Positions 48,646 through 63,041 of a stretch of DNA of 64,000 nt are shown here, one piece after another. The notes beneath the pieces are model-generated. The model saw only the letters and a list, made by a program, of their open reading frames with translations, did not search any database and was not told where the DNA came from. Positions within the stretch are counted from its first letter, which is position 1. The number at the start of each line of letters is the position of its first letter. Made by a program: the position numbers and the translations under genes. Source of the DNA: an uncultured Pseudomonadota bacterium (GTDB lineage Bacteria; Oederibacteriota; Muellerivitia; Muellerivitales; Muellerivitaceae); assembly GCA_963843375.1 (NCBI GenBank), contig CAWJKT010000009.1:64001-128000 (forward strand), read 5' to 3'.

Positions 48646-49311
48646 ATGCGCCAAATACTCATTGTTCATAGTTCCGTAGATGAGCGTTTTGAGGTATTTT
48701 TCTCAAAGGTATTTCGGGAGGCGGCGGTTAAAACGGTTTGGGAAACCTATAAGGGCCTCGCGGGAGGGCCTGCCGCGAAAGATAAAATCCAAAGAGAAAT
48801 CCTAGAGTCAGACGCCTTGTTTTTCGTCCTCAGCAAGGATGAGGAAGTTTTCGCGCAAGCCAAGGACTGGTTCCCGTGGGCTACCATCCTGGCTAAGGAA
48901 AAGGATATTTGGGTTTTTGAGCATTGCGAGGACTTGAAACGGGTTCCTGTTTTGATTCTCAACCTTGGGCACTATGTAGCTTGTTACATTAGCAATGCCT
49001 GGTGCGATTACGTCACGAAGATCGTCGAAACCTACGAAAAACCCAAAGTCGCTGGGACAGTCTTGCCCGAGGCCTTATTCAAAAAGCTGACTCCGGTGGA
49101 AGAAGATTCATTCTTTGATCCCTTCAATGGGTTCGCCTTATTCGACGATTCGACTGCCAGGGCTACCGGCTTGAAGGCCGTTTGCCCGGCCTGTTCCGCA
49201 GCCTACGACCTGCATGTTCCCACCGAAATGAAGGTCATCAGGTGCCCTTCCTGCGGCCATATTTCTGGAATCCAACAACCGTCTAAGGTACCCGTGCCTG
49301 CAAAAGGATAA
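48646..49311 (+). CDS. Hypothetical protein: TIR-like N-terminus and C-terminal Zn ribbon
   Basis: ILIVHSSVD...I...I.ESDALFFVLS; CPAC...CPSCG. Confidence 0.55.
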   Translation: MRQILIVHSSVDERFEVFFSKVFREAAVKTVWETYKGLAGGPAAKDKIQREILESDALFFVLSKDEEVFAQAKDWFPWATILAKEKDIWVFEHCEDLKRVPVLILNLGHYVACYISNAWCDYVTKIVETYEKPKVAGTVLPEALFKKLTPVEEDSFFDPFNGFALFDDSTARATGLKAVCPACSAAYDLHVPTEMKVIRCPSCGHISGIQQPSKVPVPAKG

Positions 49312-49362
49312 GTGGGTTTTTCCAAAAAACAGCTATAACATCGAAAAGATCAGGTTGAAACC

Positions 49363-49390
49363 TGTCCACGACGGGGACCCTTCGTGGACA
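49363..49390 (+). repeat. 28-bp palindromic site, copy 7
   Basis: TGTCCACGACGGG GA CCCTTCGTGGACA. Confidence 0.93.
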
Positions 49391-49467
49391 AAGAAAAAAC
49401 ACCGATTGGTTATTTAATGTTTGGAATACGGTAGTTACAAACAGTGGTTCTTAAAAGGATTTTTTTA

Positions 49468-49851
49468 ATGAAAAGTAATTGGTTTTATATTTTTAATATT
49501 CTTAACTTCTTAATTTTTCCAGTGATTATTCCTTCGCTAGGTATCTATTTTGTCCAGAAGAAAAAAAGTATTTTTAAATTTACTGGAAATAAGTTTTTGA
49601 TTTTATGTTTTCTGATATTTTTTGTGTGGGCGTATTTCAAATTAACGAATGCGGACTCTCCGTATTTTGTAGGAACCTCCATGAGAGCATATTTTCAAGA
49701 ATCAACGTTATTGTTTGGACCTTTAGTTTTTTTCTATATCGGGGTTTATTCATTTTTTGAAAATAAATTGTGGCTCAAAGTCGCTGGTGGTTTAGTGGCA
49801 TTGTTCAGTTTATTAGTTTTCTTGGCGTTTTCTTTGATGGGCACCCCGTGA
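49468..49851 (+). CDS. AT-rich 4-TM hypothetical protein, alone between repeat copies 7 and 8
   Basis: Hydrophobic ORF, visibly more AT-rich than its flanks. Confidence 0.65.
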   Translation: MKSNWFYIFNILNFLIFPVIIPSLGIYFVQKKKSIFKFTGNKFLILCFLIFFVWAYFKLTNADSPYFVGTSMRAYFQESTLLFGPLVFFYIGVYSFFENKLWLKVAGGLVALFSLLVFLAFSLMGTP

Positions 49852-49874
49852 ATGGATTGAGGTTACAAAACCTT

Positions 49875-49902
49875 TGTCCACGATGGGGACCCGTCGTGGA
49901 CA
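49875..49902 (+). repeat. 28-bp palindromic site, copy 8
   Basis: TGTCCACGATGGG GA CCCGTCGTGGACA. Confidence 0.93.
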
Positions 49903-50084
49903 ACCCTTTTCCTCTCGACTTACCCGATTTTACTCTTTTTGATCGCTCTCATTTTGATAAATCTGCCAGTGGGGGAATCTTGAATAATAAATAGTTTCGA
50001 ATTCGGCAGGTTTAATTTTCAAACCAGGCTATAGTGACATAAAGTCCACGCAGAAGAAGTTGGCCTCGTTCGGGTTGAGGAATA

Positions 50085-51308
50085 ATGAAGGAGTTGGCGA
50101 TGAATCCGTCTGAACCCCGCATTTTGACCATCAATGGCGGCTCATCAAGTATCAAGTTCGACCTATTTGAGATTGGCGACCCTTTAAGCCGGATTCTGGC
50201 GGGCAGGATTGACCGGATTGGATTGCAGGATGCCACCTTGTGGGTCAAGGGACCGGCCACTTTGGACAATTTTACTCGACCAGTTAAGACGCCCGATCAC
50301 AAATCGGCGGTAGGCGTACTAATGGATTGGATAGGAGAACGCGGCGGTCGTGACGCCTTGGCGGCAGTAGGACACAGGGTAGTGCATGGAGGACCGAATT
50401 ATAGCGACCCGAAAATAATCACAAAAGAAATGATCGAGGAATTACGGCAACTCACGACTTTCGATCCTGAACACTTACCGGAAGAGATCATGTTGATTGA
50501 GGCTTTTCATCGCCAGTTTCCCGACTTGCCCCAAGTGGCCTGTTTCGACACGGCTTTCCATAAAAATTTGCCGCGCGTGGCCCGGATGTTGCCGATTCCG
50601 CGCCGGTACGAGGCAAAGGGGGTGCGCCGATATGGATTTCACGGGTTGTCATATTCGTACCTCATGGGGGAGTTGGCCCGTTTGGCCGGGGCGGAGGCGG
50701 CTCAAGGACGGATCATCCTCGCCCACCTTGGCAATGGCGCGAGTCTGGCGGCGGTCCTGGAAGGAAAGTCCCTGGACACAAGTATGAGTTTTACACCCGC
50801 AGCCGGTGTGCCGATGGGCACACGTTCCGGGGATATTGATCCCGGATTGTTTGGATACCTGGCGAGCGAAGAGGGACTCGACGCAAAAGGATTCAATGAA
50901 ATGGTTAATTTCGAGTCCGGGCTCGTCGGGGTTTCAGAAACCAGTTCGGACATGAGCGATTTGTTGAAAAGCGAAAAGACGGACCAGCGGGCGTCGGAGG
51001 CCGTAACGTTATTTTGCTACCAGGTCAAGAAATGGATCGGCGCTTTCGCGGCGGCGTTAGGCGGCCTGGACACGCTGGTATTCTCCGCTGGTATCGGCGA
51101 AAACGCGCCCACGGTCCGGGCCCGGATTTGCGATGGACTGGAATTTCTGGGGATTGAACTTGAGGAAAAACGGAACACGGCGAACGAGGGAGTGATATCC
51201 CGAGACAAAAGCAGGGTTAGCGTCCGCGTCATTCGCACGGACGAGGAATTCATGATCGCCAAAATGGTTTGCCGCCTTCTCGACATCGGCCGAAAAAGGG
51301 GGATTTAA
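50085..51308 (+). CDS. ackA: Acetate/propionate kinase
   Basis: [48 protein letters not shown]. Confidence 0.93.
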   Translation: MKELAMNPSEPRILTINGGSSSIKFDLFEIGDPLSRILAGRIDRIGLQDATLWVKGPATLDNFTRPVKTPDHKSAVGVLMDWIGERGGRDALAAVGHRVVHGGPNYSDPKIITKEMIEELRQLTTFDPEHLPEEIMLIEAFHRQFPDLPQVACFDTAFHKNLPRVARMLPIPRRYEAKGVRRYGFHGLSYSYLMGELARLAGAEAAQGRIILAHLGNGASLAAVLEGKSLDTSMSFTPAAGVPMGTRSGDIDPGLFGYLASEEGLDAKGFNEMVNFESGLVGVSETSSDMSDLLKSEKTDQRASEAVTLFCYQVKKWIGAFAAALGGLDTLVFSAGIGENAPTVRARICDGLEFLGIELEEKRNTANEGVISRDKSRVSVRVIRTDEEFMIAKMVCRLLDIGRKRGI

Positions 51309-51309
51309 A

Positions 51310-53675
51310 ATGGGGACCGAAACACTTTCACCTGAACTGCTCCGCAAAATGGATGCCTATTGGCGCGCCGCGAACTATCTGTCGGTCGGCCAGATATACC
51401 TTTATGACAATCCGTTGCTGAAGGAGCCCTTGAAGCTGTCCCACGTTAAGCCCTTGGTGGTCGGGCATTGGGGCACGACCCCCGGCCAGAACTTCATCTA
51501 CGTTCACCTGAACCGGATCATCAAAAAGTATGACTTGGATATGTTTTATGTCGCCGGTCCCGGCCACGGCGGGCCGGCCCTGGTTGCCAATACTTACCTC
51601 GAAGGCACCTATAGCGAGGTTTACTCCAACATCAGCCGGAACGAAGAGGGCTTAAAAAAACTTTTCACGCAATTTTCATTTCCTGGCGGGATTTCCAGCC
51701 ATGTCGCCCCGACGACGCCGGGATCGATCCATGAGGGGGGCGAGTTGGGGTACTCGCTCAGCCATGCATTCGGGGCCGCCTTCGATAATCCAGGCCTCAT
51801 CGTTGCCTGTGTTATCGGGGATGGCGAGGCGGAAACCGGACCCTTGGCGACCGCTTGGCAGTCCAACAAATTCCTCAACCCCATTTCCGATGGGGCCGTC
51901 TTGCCAATTCTTCATCTCAACGGCTACAAGATTTCCAACCCCACCGTCCTGGCCCGGATCGAACCGGAAGAATTGGAAAAATTCTTACGGGGGTGCGGCT
52001 GGACGCCTTATTTCGTGGAGGGAGATGACCCGGAAAAGATGCATCAACTGATGGCGGCTACCCTCGAACAAGTGGTCGAGGAAATCCGGCAGATCCAAAA
52101 GAACGCGCGGGGCAATAACGATACCACCCGGCCCCGCTGGCCGATGATCGTCCTCAGGTCGCCAAAGGGGTGGACGGGACCGAAGACCGTGGATGGTCTC
52201 CAAGTGGAGGGCACGTTCCGGGCGCACCAGGTTCCGCTCCTGGTGGATTCGGAGCATCCCGATCATCTCCACGAATTGGAAAGCTGGATGAAGAGCTATA
52301 AGCCGGAAGAACTTTTCGACAAAAATGGATGTCTCGTGCCGGAATTGGCCGAGTTGTCACCCAAGGGCGACCGGCGGATGGGCGCCAATCCCCACGCTAA
52401 TGGGGGGTTACTGCTTCGAGACCTGCGGATGCCGGATTTCCGTGTCTATGACGTGAAGGTGCCGTCACCTGGAGCCGTTAACGGCCAGGATACGATGGTG
52501 CTTGGAAAGTTTCTTCGGGATGTGGCCAAGATAAATATGGATCAAAACAATTTCCGTATCTTTGGCCCCGATGAAACCCTCTCGAACCTTCTGGGTGCGG
52601 TCTTTGAGGAAACCAACCGTCAGTGGGATGCCCGAACCGAAAAGAACGATGAATTTCTCTCGCCCGCCGGGCGGGTGCTGGACTCGATGCTGAGCGAGCA
52701 CCAGTCGGAGGGCTGGCTGGAGGGTTATCTGCTCACGGGGCGGCACGGACTTTTCAATTGTTACGAGGCATTCATACATATTATCGATTCGATGTTCAAC
52801 CAGCACGCCAAGTGGTTGAAGATCACCGCTGAATTGCCCTGGCGGAGGAAGATCGCGTCGTTGAACTACCTTCTGGCCTCCCACGTCTGGCAACAGGATC
52901 ACAATGGTTTCACCCACCAGGACCCCGGCTTCCTCGACCATGTGGTGAACAAGAAGGCCGATATCGTTCGCGTTTACCTTCCGCCCGACGCCAACTGCCT
53001 CCTTTCGGTTTTTGACCACTGCCTGCGGAGCCGTCACTATGTGAACGTGGTGGTCGCGGGGAAACACGCTCTTCCCCAATGGCTGGACATGGACGCCGCG
53101 GAAAAGCACTGCACGGAAGGTATCGGCATATGGCAATGGGCTAGCAACGACCAAGGTGCCGAGCCCGATGTGGTCCTAGCTTGCTGTGGGGACACACCTA
53201 CCTTGGAAACCCTTGCCGCCGTTTCCATCCTTCGCCAACATTTGCCCGAATTGAAAATCCGGATGATCAATGTGGTCGATCTGATGAGATTACAGCCGCA
53301 AACCGAGCACCCACATGGGCTGAATGATACGAATTTCGATTCGCTTTTCACCAAGGATAAACCCGTCGTCTTCGCCTTCCATGGATACCCCTGGCTGATC
53401 CACCGGTTGACCTACCGCAGGACCAACCGGAATATCCACGTCCGGGGCTATGTGGAGGAGGGCGCAATCACCACGGCTTTTGACATGAGGGTGTTGAACA
53501 AATTGGACAGGTTCCACCTAGTACAAGACGTTGTGGACCGCCTACCAAAGCTGGGAACGAGAGGGGCTTACATCAAGCAGATGGTCAAGGACAAACTCGT
53601 CGAGCACAAGCTTTACATCGATAAACAAGGCCAAGACATGCCCGAAATCCGCAAATGGAAGTGGAGCGTCACTCA

Positions 53676-53679
<4 letters not shown>
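51310..53679 (+). CDS. xfp: Phosphoketolase
   Basis: [42 protein letters not shown]. Confidence 0.96.
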
Positions 53680-56726
<3,047 letters not shown>

Positions 56727-56734
<8 letters not shown>

Positions 56735-57056
56735 AAAACCCGAAACCGAACAGGGGAAAGATACGACAGGGTTCAGCCGGGAGGTCGGCGAGAAGGCGGT
56801 ACGCAAGATCAGGGCCCAACGGAATCCGGTCAAGGGCGTCTGGTTTGGTTTGGGAATGATGGGGCTAATCGGCTGGTCGGTGGTGGTGCCGACCCTCCTT
56901 GGCGCGGCACTTGGCCTATGGTTGGACAAACGGCATCCGGGCGGGCATTCCTGGACGTTGGCCCTCATGGCGGCGGGACTCGCGATTGGATGCATGAACG
57001 CCTGGCATTGGGTGGCCCAACAGGACAAGGAAATGGGGGAGGACCAAAATGACTGA
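56727..57056 (+). CDS. atpQ: AtpQ (AtpZ/AtpI-family) N-ATPase accessory protein
   Basis: GLIGWSVVVPTLLG..LG.WLD. Confidence 0.85.
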
Positions 57057-57369
57057 TTTTTTAAAAATGGGGATGGCTTTGGCGGGTGGCGTCTTGATAG
57101 GCGGAATATTTTTTGGCGGCCTCTGGTGGACGGTTCAGAAAGGGGTTTCGATCAAACGGCCCGCCCTTTGGTTCCTCGGCAGCCTGTTGTTAAGGATGGG
57201 GATCACCTTGGGTGGCTTCTATTTCATCGCTCACGGACATTGGGAGAGGCTCCTGGTATGCCTGCTGGGGTTTTTAATTGGCCGCTATATCGTGACGCGG
57301 CTTACGGGTGGGGTGGAAAAACCGAAAATCCTGGCACAGGGGGTCGGCCATGCGCCTTACTCCAGATGA
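57049..57369 (+). CDS. atpR: AtpR N-ATPase subunit
   Basis: FFGGLWWTV, SLLLR, GFL.GR. Confidence 0.85.
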   Translation: MTDFLKMGMALAGGVLIGGIFFGGLWWTVQKGVSIKRPALWFLGSLLLRMGITLGGFYFIAHGHWERLLVCLLGFLIGRYIVTRLTGGVEKPKILAQGVGHAPYSR

Positions 57370-58147
57370 GATGATCTTTTGGCATCATGGTTTTCTCAAA
57401 CTCAACGGAACCATTGTTTTCACTTGGGGGCTCATGTTTATCCTGACGGTGGGTTCCAAGATCCTCACCCATAAGCTTTCGACGGGGCCGGACCGTTCCC
57501 GGTGGCAAAACCTGCTTGAAATTGTCGTTACCGCCATCGAAAAGCAAATCCAAGAGGTGGGTTTGAGCCGGCCCGAGAAATATATTGGCTTCCTTGGCAC
57601 CCTTTTTCTTTTTGTCGCCGCAGCCAGCCTTTGCACGGTCATCCCCGGCTACGAGCCCCCCACCGGATCGCTTTCGACCACAGCCGCGCTCGCCTTGTGC
57701 GTGTTCGTGGCCGTGCCTTTCTTCGGAATCGAGGATCAAGGGTTGGGAAACTACCTCAAGTCCTACATGAAGCCCACCTTCATCATGCTGCCTTTCAACA
57801 TCATCAGCGAACTTTCGCGCACCTTGGCCCTGGCTGTCCGTTTGTTCGGCAACATGATGAGCGGGGCGATGATTATAGCCATCCTGCTCACGATCACGCC
57901 GTTTGTTTTCCCGATCATCATGATGGTCCTCGGCCTTCTCACCGGAATGGTTCAGGCCTATATCTTCAGCATCCTGGCAGGGGTTTATATCGCGGCGGCG
58001 ACAAGGGTTCGAAAGCCCAAGCCTGAAACGGATTCAAAACCGGAAGGCAAGGGTGGGGCGAAGGCCGGGATAAAAGCCGACCCGAAACCTGGGACCGAAA
58101 CCGAAAAGGAGGTCGTGGCCGATCATTTGCCCGTTTTGAATCATTGA
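57350..58147 (+). CDS. atpB: N-ATPase a subunit
   Basis: SELSRTLALAVRLFGN, VQAYIF.IL...Y. Confidence 0.93.
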   Translation: MRLTPDEMIFWHHGFLKLNGTIVFTWGLMFILTVGSKILTHKLSTGPDRSRWQNLLEIVVTAIEKQIQEVGLSRPEKYIGFLGTLFLFVAAASLCTVIPGYEPPTGSLSTTAALALCVFVAVPFFGIEDQGLGNYLKSYMKPTFIMLPFNIISELSRTLALAVRLFGNMMSGAMIIAILLTITPFVFPIIMMVLGLLTGMVQAYIFSILAGVYIAAATRVRKPKPETDSKPEGKGGAKAGIKADPKPGTETEKEVVADHLPVLNH

Positions 58148-58179
58148 AGAAAAAAACATAGTAAATAAAAGGAGGACGC

Positions 58180-58461
58180 ATGGACAGCTTAACGATTATC
58201 GCGGTGGCATCGATTGTCATCGCGGGGATAACCACCGGTTTCGGGACGATGGGGCCCGCCCTGGCGGAAGGGAGGGCGGTCGCGACGGCCTTGACTTCAC
58301 TGGCCCAACAGCCGGATGCCTCCGCCACCATCACCCGGACTTTGTTCGTGGGACTGGCGATGATCGAGTCCACTGCCATCTATTGTTTCGTGGTCTCGAT
58401 GATTCTCATCTTCGCCAACCCCTTCTGGAACCACGCCATTGCCCAAGTGGCGGGAAAGTAA
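58180..58461 (+). CDS. atpE: N-ATPase c subunit
   Basis: PALAEG, QQPD, MIESTAIY. Confidence 0.95.
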   Translation: MDSLTIIAVASIVIAGITTGFGTMGPALAEGRAVATALTSLAQQPDASATITRTLFVGLAMIESTAIYCFVVSMILIFANPFWNHAIAQVAGK

Positions 58462-58465
58462 ACCC

Positions 58466-59611
58466 ATGCTCATCGATTGGTTCACTGTCATCGCCCAGGC
58501 GCTCAACTTCCTCATTTTGGTGTGGCTGATGAAGCGCTTTTTATATAAGCCCATCCTCAACGCCATCAATGAGCGGGAAAAGAGGATCGCCGCCGAACTC
58601 GCGGAGGCGGACAAGAAGAAGTCCGAAGCCCAAAAGGAGGGCGACGATTTCAAGCGCAAAAATGAGGAATTTGATCGGCAACGAGCCATGCTATTGAACC
58701 AGGTAACGGTCGAGGCCCAGGCTGAACGCCAACGGCTTCTCGTGGAGGCGCGAAGGGCCGCCGAGGATTTGAGTTATAAACGGCTGGAAGCCCTGAAGGC
58801 GGAAGAACATAACCTGCACCAGGCCATCCGGCGTCGGACGGGCAAGGAAGTATTCTCCATCGCGCGAAAGACGCTATCTGATCTCGCTGGTACGGGTTTG
58901 GAGGAGCGAATGGCTGACCTGTTTATCAACCGTTTGCGGAAGATGGAAGGCCAGGCGAAAGCCGACCTTGCCGGGGCCCTTCGGACGGCTCCTGAACCCG
59001 CGCTGGTTCGAAGCGCTTTTGACTTACCCATGGAGCAGCGAGCTTCCATCCAAAAGGCGCTGAACGAGACTTTTTCATCCGAGATTCGCGTTCGTTTCGA
59101 AGCCGCCCCGGAATTGATCAACGGTATTGAACTCACTACAAATGGACAAAAGCTTGCATGGAGCATCGAGGATTACCTGGTGTCGATGGAAAAGGGTGTT
59201 GAGGAGATCCTGAAAGAGAAGGATAAAACCGCGAGCAAGGCATCGTCCGATTTGACGCCACGGATCGCCAAGCGCGCTTACGAACTGTACGAGATGCATG
59301 GTCGCAAAAACGATTCGGCGATCCAGGACTGGAGTCAGGCGGAGAGGGAGGTTCGGAAGACGGGTATCAAAGCCGAACCTAAGCCGGAAGCTAAAGTCGA
59401 ACCTAAAGTTGAGCTCAAAGCACCGCCAAAGCCCGAGGCCAAAGCCGAGATCAAACCTGAAGAAGAGGTAGCGCTTAAGCCTAAAGCCGAAGTAACCCCT
59501 AAACCTGAAATAAAAAATGGACCAAAAACAGAAGTTAAAGCCGAGCCTGGGCCGGAAGTCAAAGTGGAACCCAAGCCGGAAAAAGTCAGTCCGGGAACAA
59601 AGAGCGCATGA
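58466..59611 (+). CDS. atpF: N-ATPase b/delta-like subunit with C-terminal DUF2934-like motif and P/K/E repeats
   Basis: IDWFT..AQ..NF.IL..L.KRFLYKP; GIEL...[22 protein letters not shown]......DW.QAE. Confidence 0.9.
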   Translation: MLIDWFTVIAQALNFLILVWLMKRFLYKPILNAINEREKRIAAELAEADKKKSEAQKEGDDFKRKNEEFDRQRAMLLNQVTVEAQAERQRLLVEARRAAEDLSYKRLEALKAEEHNLHQAIRRRTGKEVFSIARKTLSDLAGTGLEERMADLFINRLRKMEGQAKADLAGALRTAPEPALVRSAFDLPMEQRASIQKALNETFSSEIRVRFEAAPELINGIELTTNGQKLAWSIEDYLVSMEKGVEEILKEKDKTASKASSDLTPRIAKRAYELYEMHGRKNDSAIQDWSQAEREVRKTGIKAEPKPEAKVEPKVELKAPPKPEAKAEIKPEEEVALKPKAEVTPKPEIKNGPKTEVKAEPGPEVKVEPKPEKVSPGTKSA

Positions 59612-61302
59612 ACATGGAAACCGAAAACCTTGAAAGTGTTTTTGAAATCGCGTTTGCCGGAATAGGCCAAACGCTGGAAGCGACCAAGCCTCAACTGATG
59701 CCACGAGAGGTTGGAACGATCATGAGTGTCGGAACCGGTATTGCCAAGGTTTCGGGTCTTCCGGGAGTGGGATTTGAGGAATTGATCGAGTTTCCGGGCG
59801 ACGTGCTCGGAATCGCCTTTAACGTCGACGAGAACGAAATCGGCGTAGTCCTGCTCGGGGAATACTGGCATTTGCGGGCGGGGGATGAAGTCCGGCGGAC
59901 GGGCCGGGTCATGGATGTGGCCGTGGGCGAGGGATTGCTGGGCAGGGTCATTGATCCGCTGGGACGCCCCCTTGATGAAAACGGACCGGTGGCCTCCAGC
60001 GGGCGCCTGCCCGTCGAACGCCCCGCCGCGCCCATCATGGACCGGGCACCAGTCACGGTCCCGCTCCAGACTGGCCTCAAGGTCATCGACGCGCTTATCC
60101 CCATCGGGCGGGGCCAAAGGGAGTTGATCCTCGGCGACCGGCGGACGGGGAAGACAGCCATCGCCATCGATACCATCCTCAACCAGCGGGACCAGAATGT
60201 ATTGTGCGTTTATTGTTTCATCGGCCAGCGGGCATCCGCCGTCGCGAAGGCGGTGGCGACCTTGCGGGAAAAAGGCGCGATGGATTACACCGTGGTCGTC
60301 GTGACGGAGGGTAACGATCCTCCAGGCCTCACTTACCTCGCCCCCTACGCCGCCACCAGCATCGCGGAGTCCTTCATGGAATCGGGCCGGGATGTTTTGA
60401 TCGTTTACGATGACCTTACCCATCACGCGCGCGCCTACCGCGAACTCTCCCTCCTGCTGAACCGTCCGCCAGGCCGGGAAGCCTTTCCGGGCGACATCTT
60501 TTATATCCATTCGCGGATGCTCGAACGGACGACGCATTTGGGAAAGGAACTCGGGGGAGGTTCCCTTACCGCGCTCCCCATCATCGAGACCCAGGCCCAG
60601 GATATTTCCGCCTATATTCCCACGAACCTGATTTCCATAACGGATGGGCAGATTTACCTCTCGCCCTCGCTGTTTGAATTGGGAGTACTGCCCGCGGTCG
60701 ATGTGGGGAAATCCGTTTCAAGGGTTGGGGGAAAGGCGCAACGCGAGGCCTACCGGGTGGTGGCGGGAGACCTCAAGCTTGCCTATGCGCAATTCGAGGA
60801 ACTTGAGACTTTTTCCAGGTTCGGCGCAAGCCTGGATGAAAACACCCACAAAGCCATTGAGCATGGACGACGGATACGATCCTGCCTGAAACAGCCGGAA
60901 GGGGCCCCGGTGTCGGTTCCCGCGCAGATTGCCGTCCTGTTGGCGTTGGGGGAGAAACTCTTCGACCTAATCCCATTGGACCGAATGAAGGACGCCGAGA
61001 GATCCCTGCTTGAAGCCTCGGCGAAACTGCCGGGGGAGGTTCGAGGGAGATTGGAGTCCTCCGAAAAATTGAGCGGCAAGGACCGTGAAATGATTATCCA
61101 AACCGCCCGCGATTCGCTTGCCCCCTTCCAAGCCAAATCCGAGCCAAAGACGGCAGTCAATACGGAAACCCCAGTCAAGCCCCGGTCGGGGTCCAAGCCG
61201 GAAGCCAAGACGGAGATAAAGCCGAAACCCGAACCTTTGATCCAGCCGGAAAACAAAACGGAGGCAAAAGAAGGCCCGGACCCGAGGTTAAATCGTGAGT
61301 AA
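59608..61302 (+). CDS. atpA: N-ATPase alpha subunit
   Basis: [37 protein letters not shown]. Confidence 0.95.
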   Translation: MNMETENLESVFEIAFAGIGQTLEATKPQLMPREVGTIMSVGTGIAKVSGLPGVGFEELIEFPGDVLGIAFNVDENEIGVVLLGEYWHLRAGDEVRRTGRVMDVAVGEGLLGRVIDPLGRPLDENGPVASSGRLPVERPAAPIMDRAPVTVPLQTGLKVIDALIPIGRGQRELILGDRRTGKTAIAIDTILNQRDQNVLCVYCFIGQRASAVAKAVATLREKGAMDYTVVVVTEGNDPPGLTYLAPYAATSIAESFMESGRDVLIVYDDLTHHARAYRELSLLLNRPPGREAFPGDIFYIHSRMLERTTHLGKELGGGSLTALPIIETQAQDISAYIPTNLISITDGQIYLSPSLFELGVLPAVDVGKSVSRVGGKAQREAYRVVAGDLKLAYAQFEELETFSRFGASLDENTHKAIEHGRRIRSCLKQPEGAPVSVPAQIAVLLALGEKLFDLIPLDRMKDAERSLLEASAKLPGEVRGRLESSEKLSGKDREMIIQTARDSLAPFQAKSEPKTAVNTETPVKPRSGSKPEAKTEIKPKPEPLIQPENKTEAKEGPDPRLNRE

Positions 61303-62188
61303 CACAACCGCCAGCCTTCGTCGAAAGATCGCCGGTGCCGGGGATCTTCAATCCGTCGTCCGAACAATGAAGGCCGTGGCCGCGTCCAGTATCGGGCAAT
61401 ACGAGAATTCGGTTCTAGCCCTGGCCGACTACTATCATGCCGTTGAACTGGGTTTGGGTGTTTGCTTCAGGGCAAGCGGGCCGGTTTCCGATGTCGAGGT
61501 AAGGAACGGGAAACAAAAAGTGGGAGGCATTGGGGCGGTCGTTTTCGGCTCGGACCAGGGCCTGGTGGGTCAATTTAACGAAGTGGTTGCAGATTTCGCC
61601 GTAAAAACCCTTTCGGCATTTCCATCCAAAGCCGAGGTCTGGGCTGTCGGGGAACGTGTTTACGCGCGGCTTACGGAAGCGGGCCTGCCGTTGATGGGGG
61701 TATTAACCGTGCCGAATTCCGTCAAGGCCATAACACCGCTCGTCGGGCAGATCCTCATGGAAAGCGAGGCGCGCCGGGACAAGGGTGAAATCAGCGAACT
61801 CCACCTTTTCTACAATCGCCCGACATCCGGGGCCGTTTACGCGCCCGTGACCCAGCGGCTTCTGCCACTGGACGAAAACTGGAGACGCAAGCTTGCCGGC
61901 CTCGCCTGGCCGACGGGATTCCTGCCCGAGGTCATGGGCGTGGGCGCCGAGACTTTACGGGCGTTCCTGAACGGATACCTTTTCGTTTCCCTCTTTCGGG
62001 CCTGCGCCGAATCCCTAGCCAGCGAGAACGCCAGCCGCCTGGCGGCGATGCAACGCGCGGATAAAAACATCGACGATTTGTTGGAGGAACTCAACGTTAA
62101 TTTCCATCGGTTGCGCCAAAGCGGAATAGATGAGGAACTTTTCGACGTCATCTCTGGATTCGAGGCCTTGAACGGCAAGGGGAAATGA
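61295..62188 (+). CDS. atpG: N-ATPase gamma subunit
   Basis: [34 protein letters not shown]. Confidence 0.93.
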   Translation: MSNTTASLRRKIAGAGDLQSVVRTMKAVAASSIGQYENSVLALADYYHAVELGLGVCFRASGPVSDVEVRNGKQKVGGIGAVVFGSDQGLVGQFNEVVADFAVKTLSAFPSKAEVWAVGERVYARLTEAGLPLMGVLTVPNSVKAITPLVGQILMESEARRDKGEISELHLFYNRPTSGAVYAPVTQRLLPLDENWRRKLAGLAWPTGFLPEVMGVGAETLRAFLNGYLFVSLFRACAESLASENASRLAAMQRADKNIDDLLEELNVNFHRLRQSGIDEELFDVISGFEALNGKGK

Positions 62189-62229
62189 TGGTTGTCGAAT
62201 AAACTTATAACCGGCCAAGTTTAGGAAGT

Positions 62230-62257
62230 TGTCCACACTGGGGACCCGCATTGGAAA
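62230..62257 (+). repeat. 28-bp palindromic site, copy 9 (degenerate)
   Basis: TGTCCACACTGGG GA CCCGCATTGGAAA. Confidence 0.8.
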
Positions 62258-62269
62258 GGGAAGTGTTTT

Positions 62270-63028
62270 TTACTTGTCTTTCTTTTCTTCAGGCCCCCAA
62301 GTCCAATAAAGCCCCAAATAGCCGACGGTTTGGTCGTCGCCGACGATGGAATGACCGCCTGAAAAGAGCAGGCTGAAATCTTTCGAGAAGTTGAATTGAC
62401 CGCCAATGTTCACCAATAGAAAGCCCTGATCAGCAGTCGTGTCAGACCCCTGAGCGAAAAGCTCACCGCCTAACGTCAACTGATCGCTCAAATCTCTTTG
62501 TAACAACCAGCCGCCAAAGGGGTAGTTGCGCATACCAGCCGCCGCGTTTAAGGCGTAACCGCCTCCGCCATAGGTGGTCCAGGGTCCCCAGCTTTTTTGT
62601 ATCCACAGGGGTAGCTTGTACCAGGTCAGTCCATTGCCTAATCCTTGGGCAGAGTTGCCAGTTGAGACTTCTGCCAGGGGAAAGATACCCATTTGAAAAT
62701 CGTTATCGCCTTCCTTCACAAACCGAAATTTGACGCCCAACTCAGTGTCGCCCAGTCCGTAGGCGGAAGGCCCGCTGATAGGGGAAAAATAATTCAGAGA
62801 AGCGATGACGTGAAGTTGCACGTCCGGTAGGGCACCCCAGTTGAACTCAACGGCGGGGGCTTGAACCATAACGTTTCCGCTAAAACGGTCCAGGGTTTGA
62901 AACTCGTAAAATTCAAAATGGTTGAGATCGACCGGTTCCGGATCATCCGTTAAAAAGGGAGGTCCTGCCCAGGCGGGAAGCGTCGTCAACATTAGTAGAG
63001 CGGCTAAAGGCACAGGCCATTTTTTCAT
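62270..63028 (-). CDS. Putative outer-membrane beta-barrel/transporter
   Basis: Signal peptide, GPPFLTDDPEP, GLGDTELGVKFRF, aromatic amphipathic strands. Confidence 0.7.
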   Translation of the reverse strand: MKKWPVPLAALLMLTTLPAWAGPPFLTDDPEPVDLNHFEFYEFQTLDRFSGNVMVQAPAVEFNWGALPDVQLHVIASLNYFSPISGPSAYGLGDTELGVKFRFVKEGDNDFQMGIFPLAEVSTGNSAQGLGNGLTWYKLPLWIQKSWGPWTTYGGGGYALNAAAGMRNYPFGGWLLQRDLSDQLTLGGELFAQGSDTTADQGFLLVNIGGQFNFSKDFSLLFSGGHSIVGDDQTVGYLGLYWTWGPEEKKDK

Positions 63029-63041
63029 TCGTTGCCCCCCT

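Noticed and set aside
59335..60537. Long antisense or alternate-frame ORFs (also 53673-54569, 20253-21335, 14732-15376)
   Set aside because: They are shadows of well-supported genes and have no motifs of their own.
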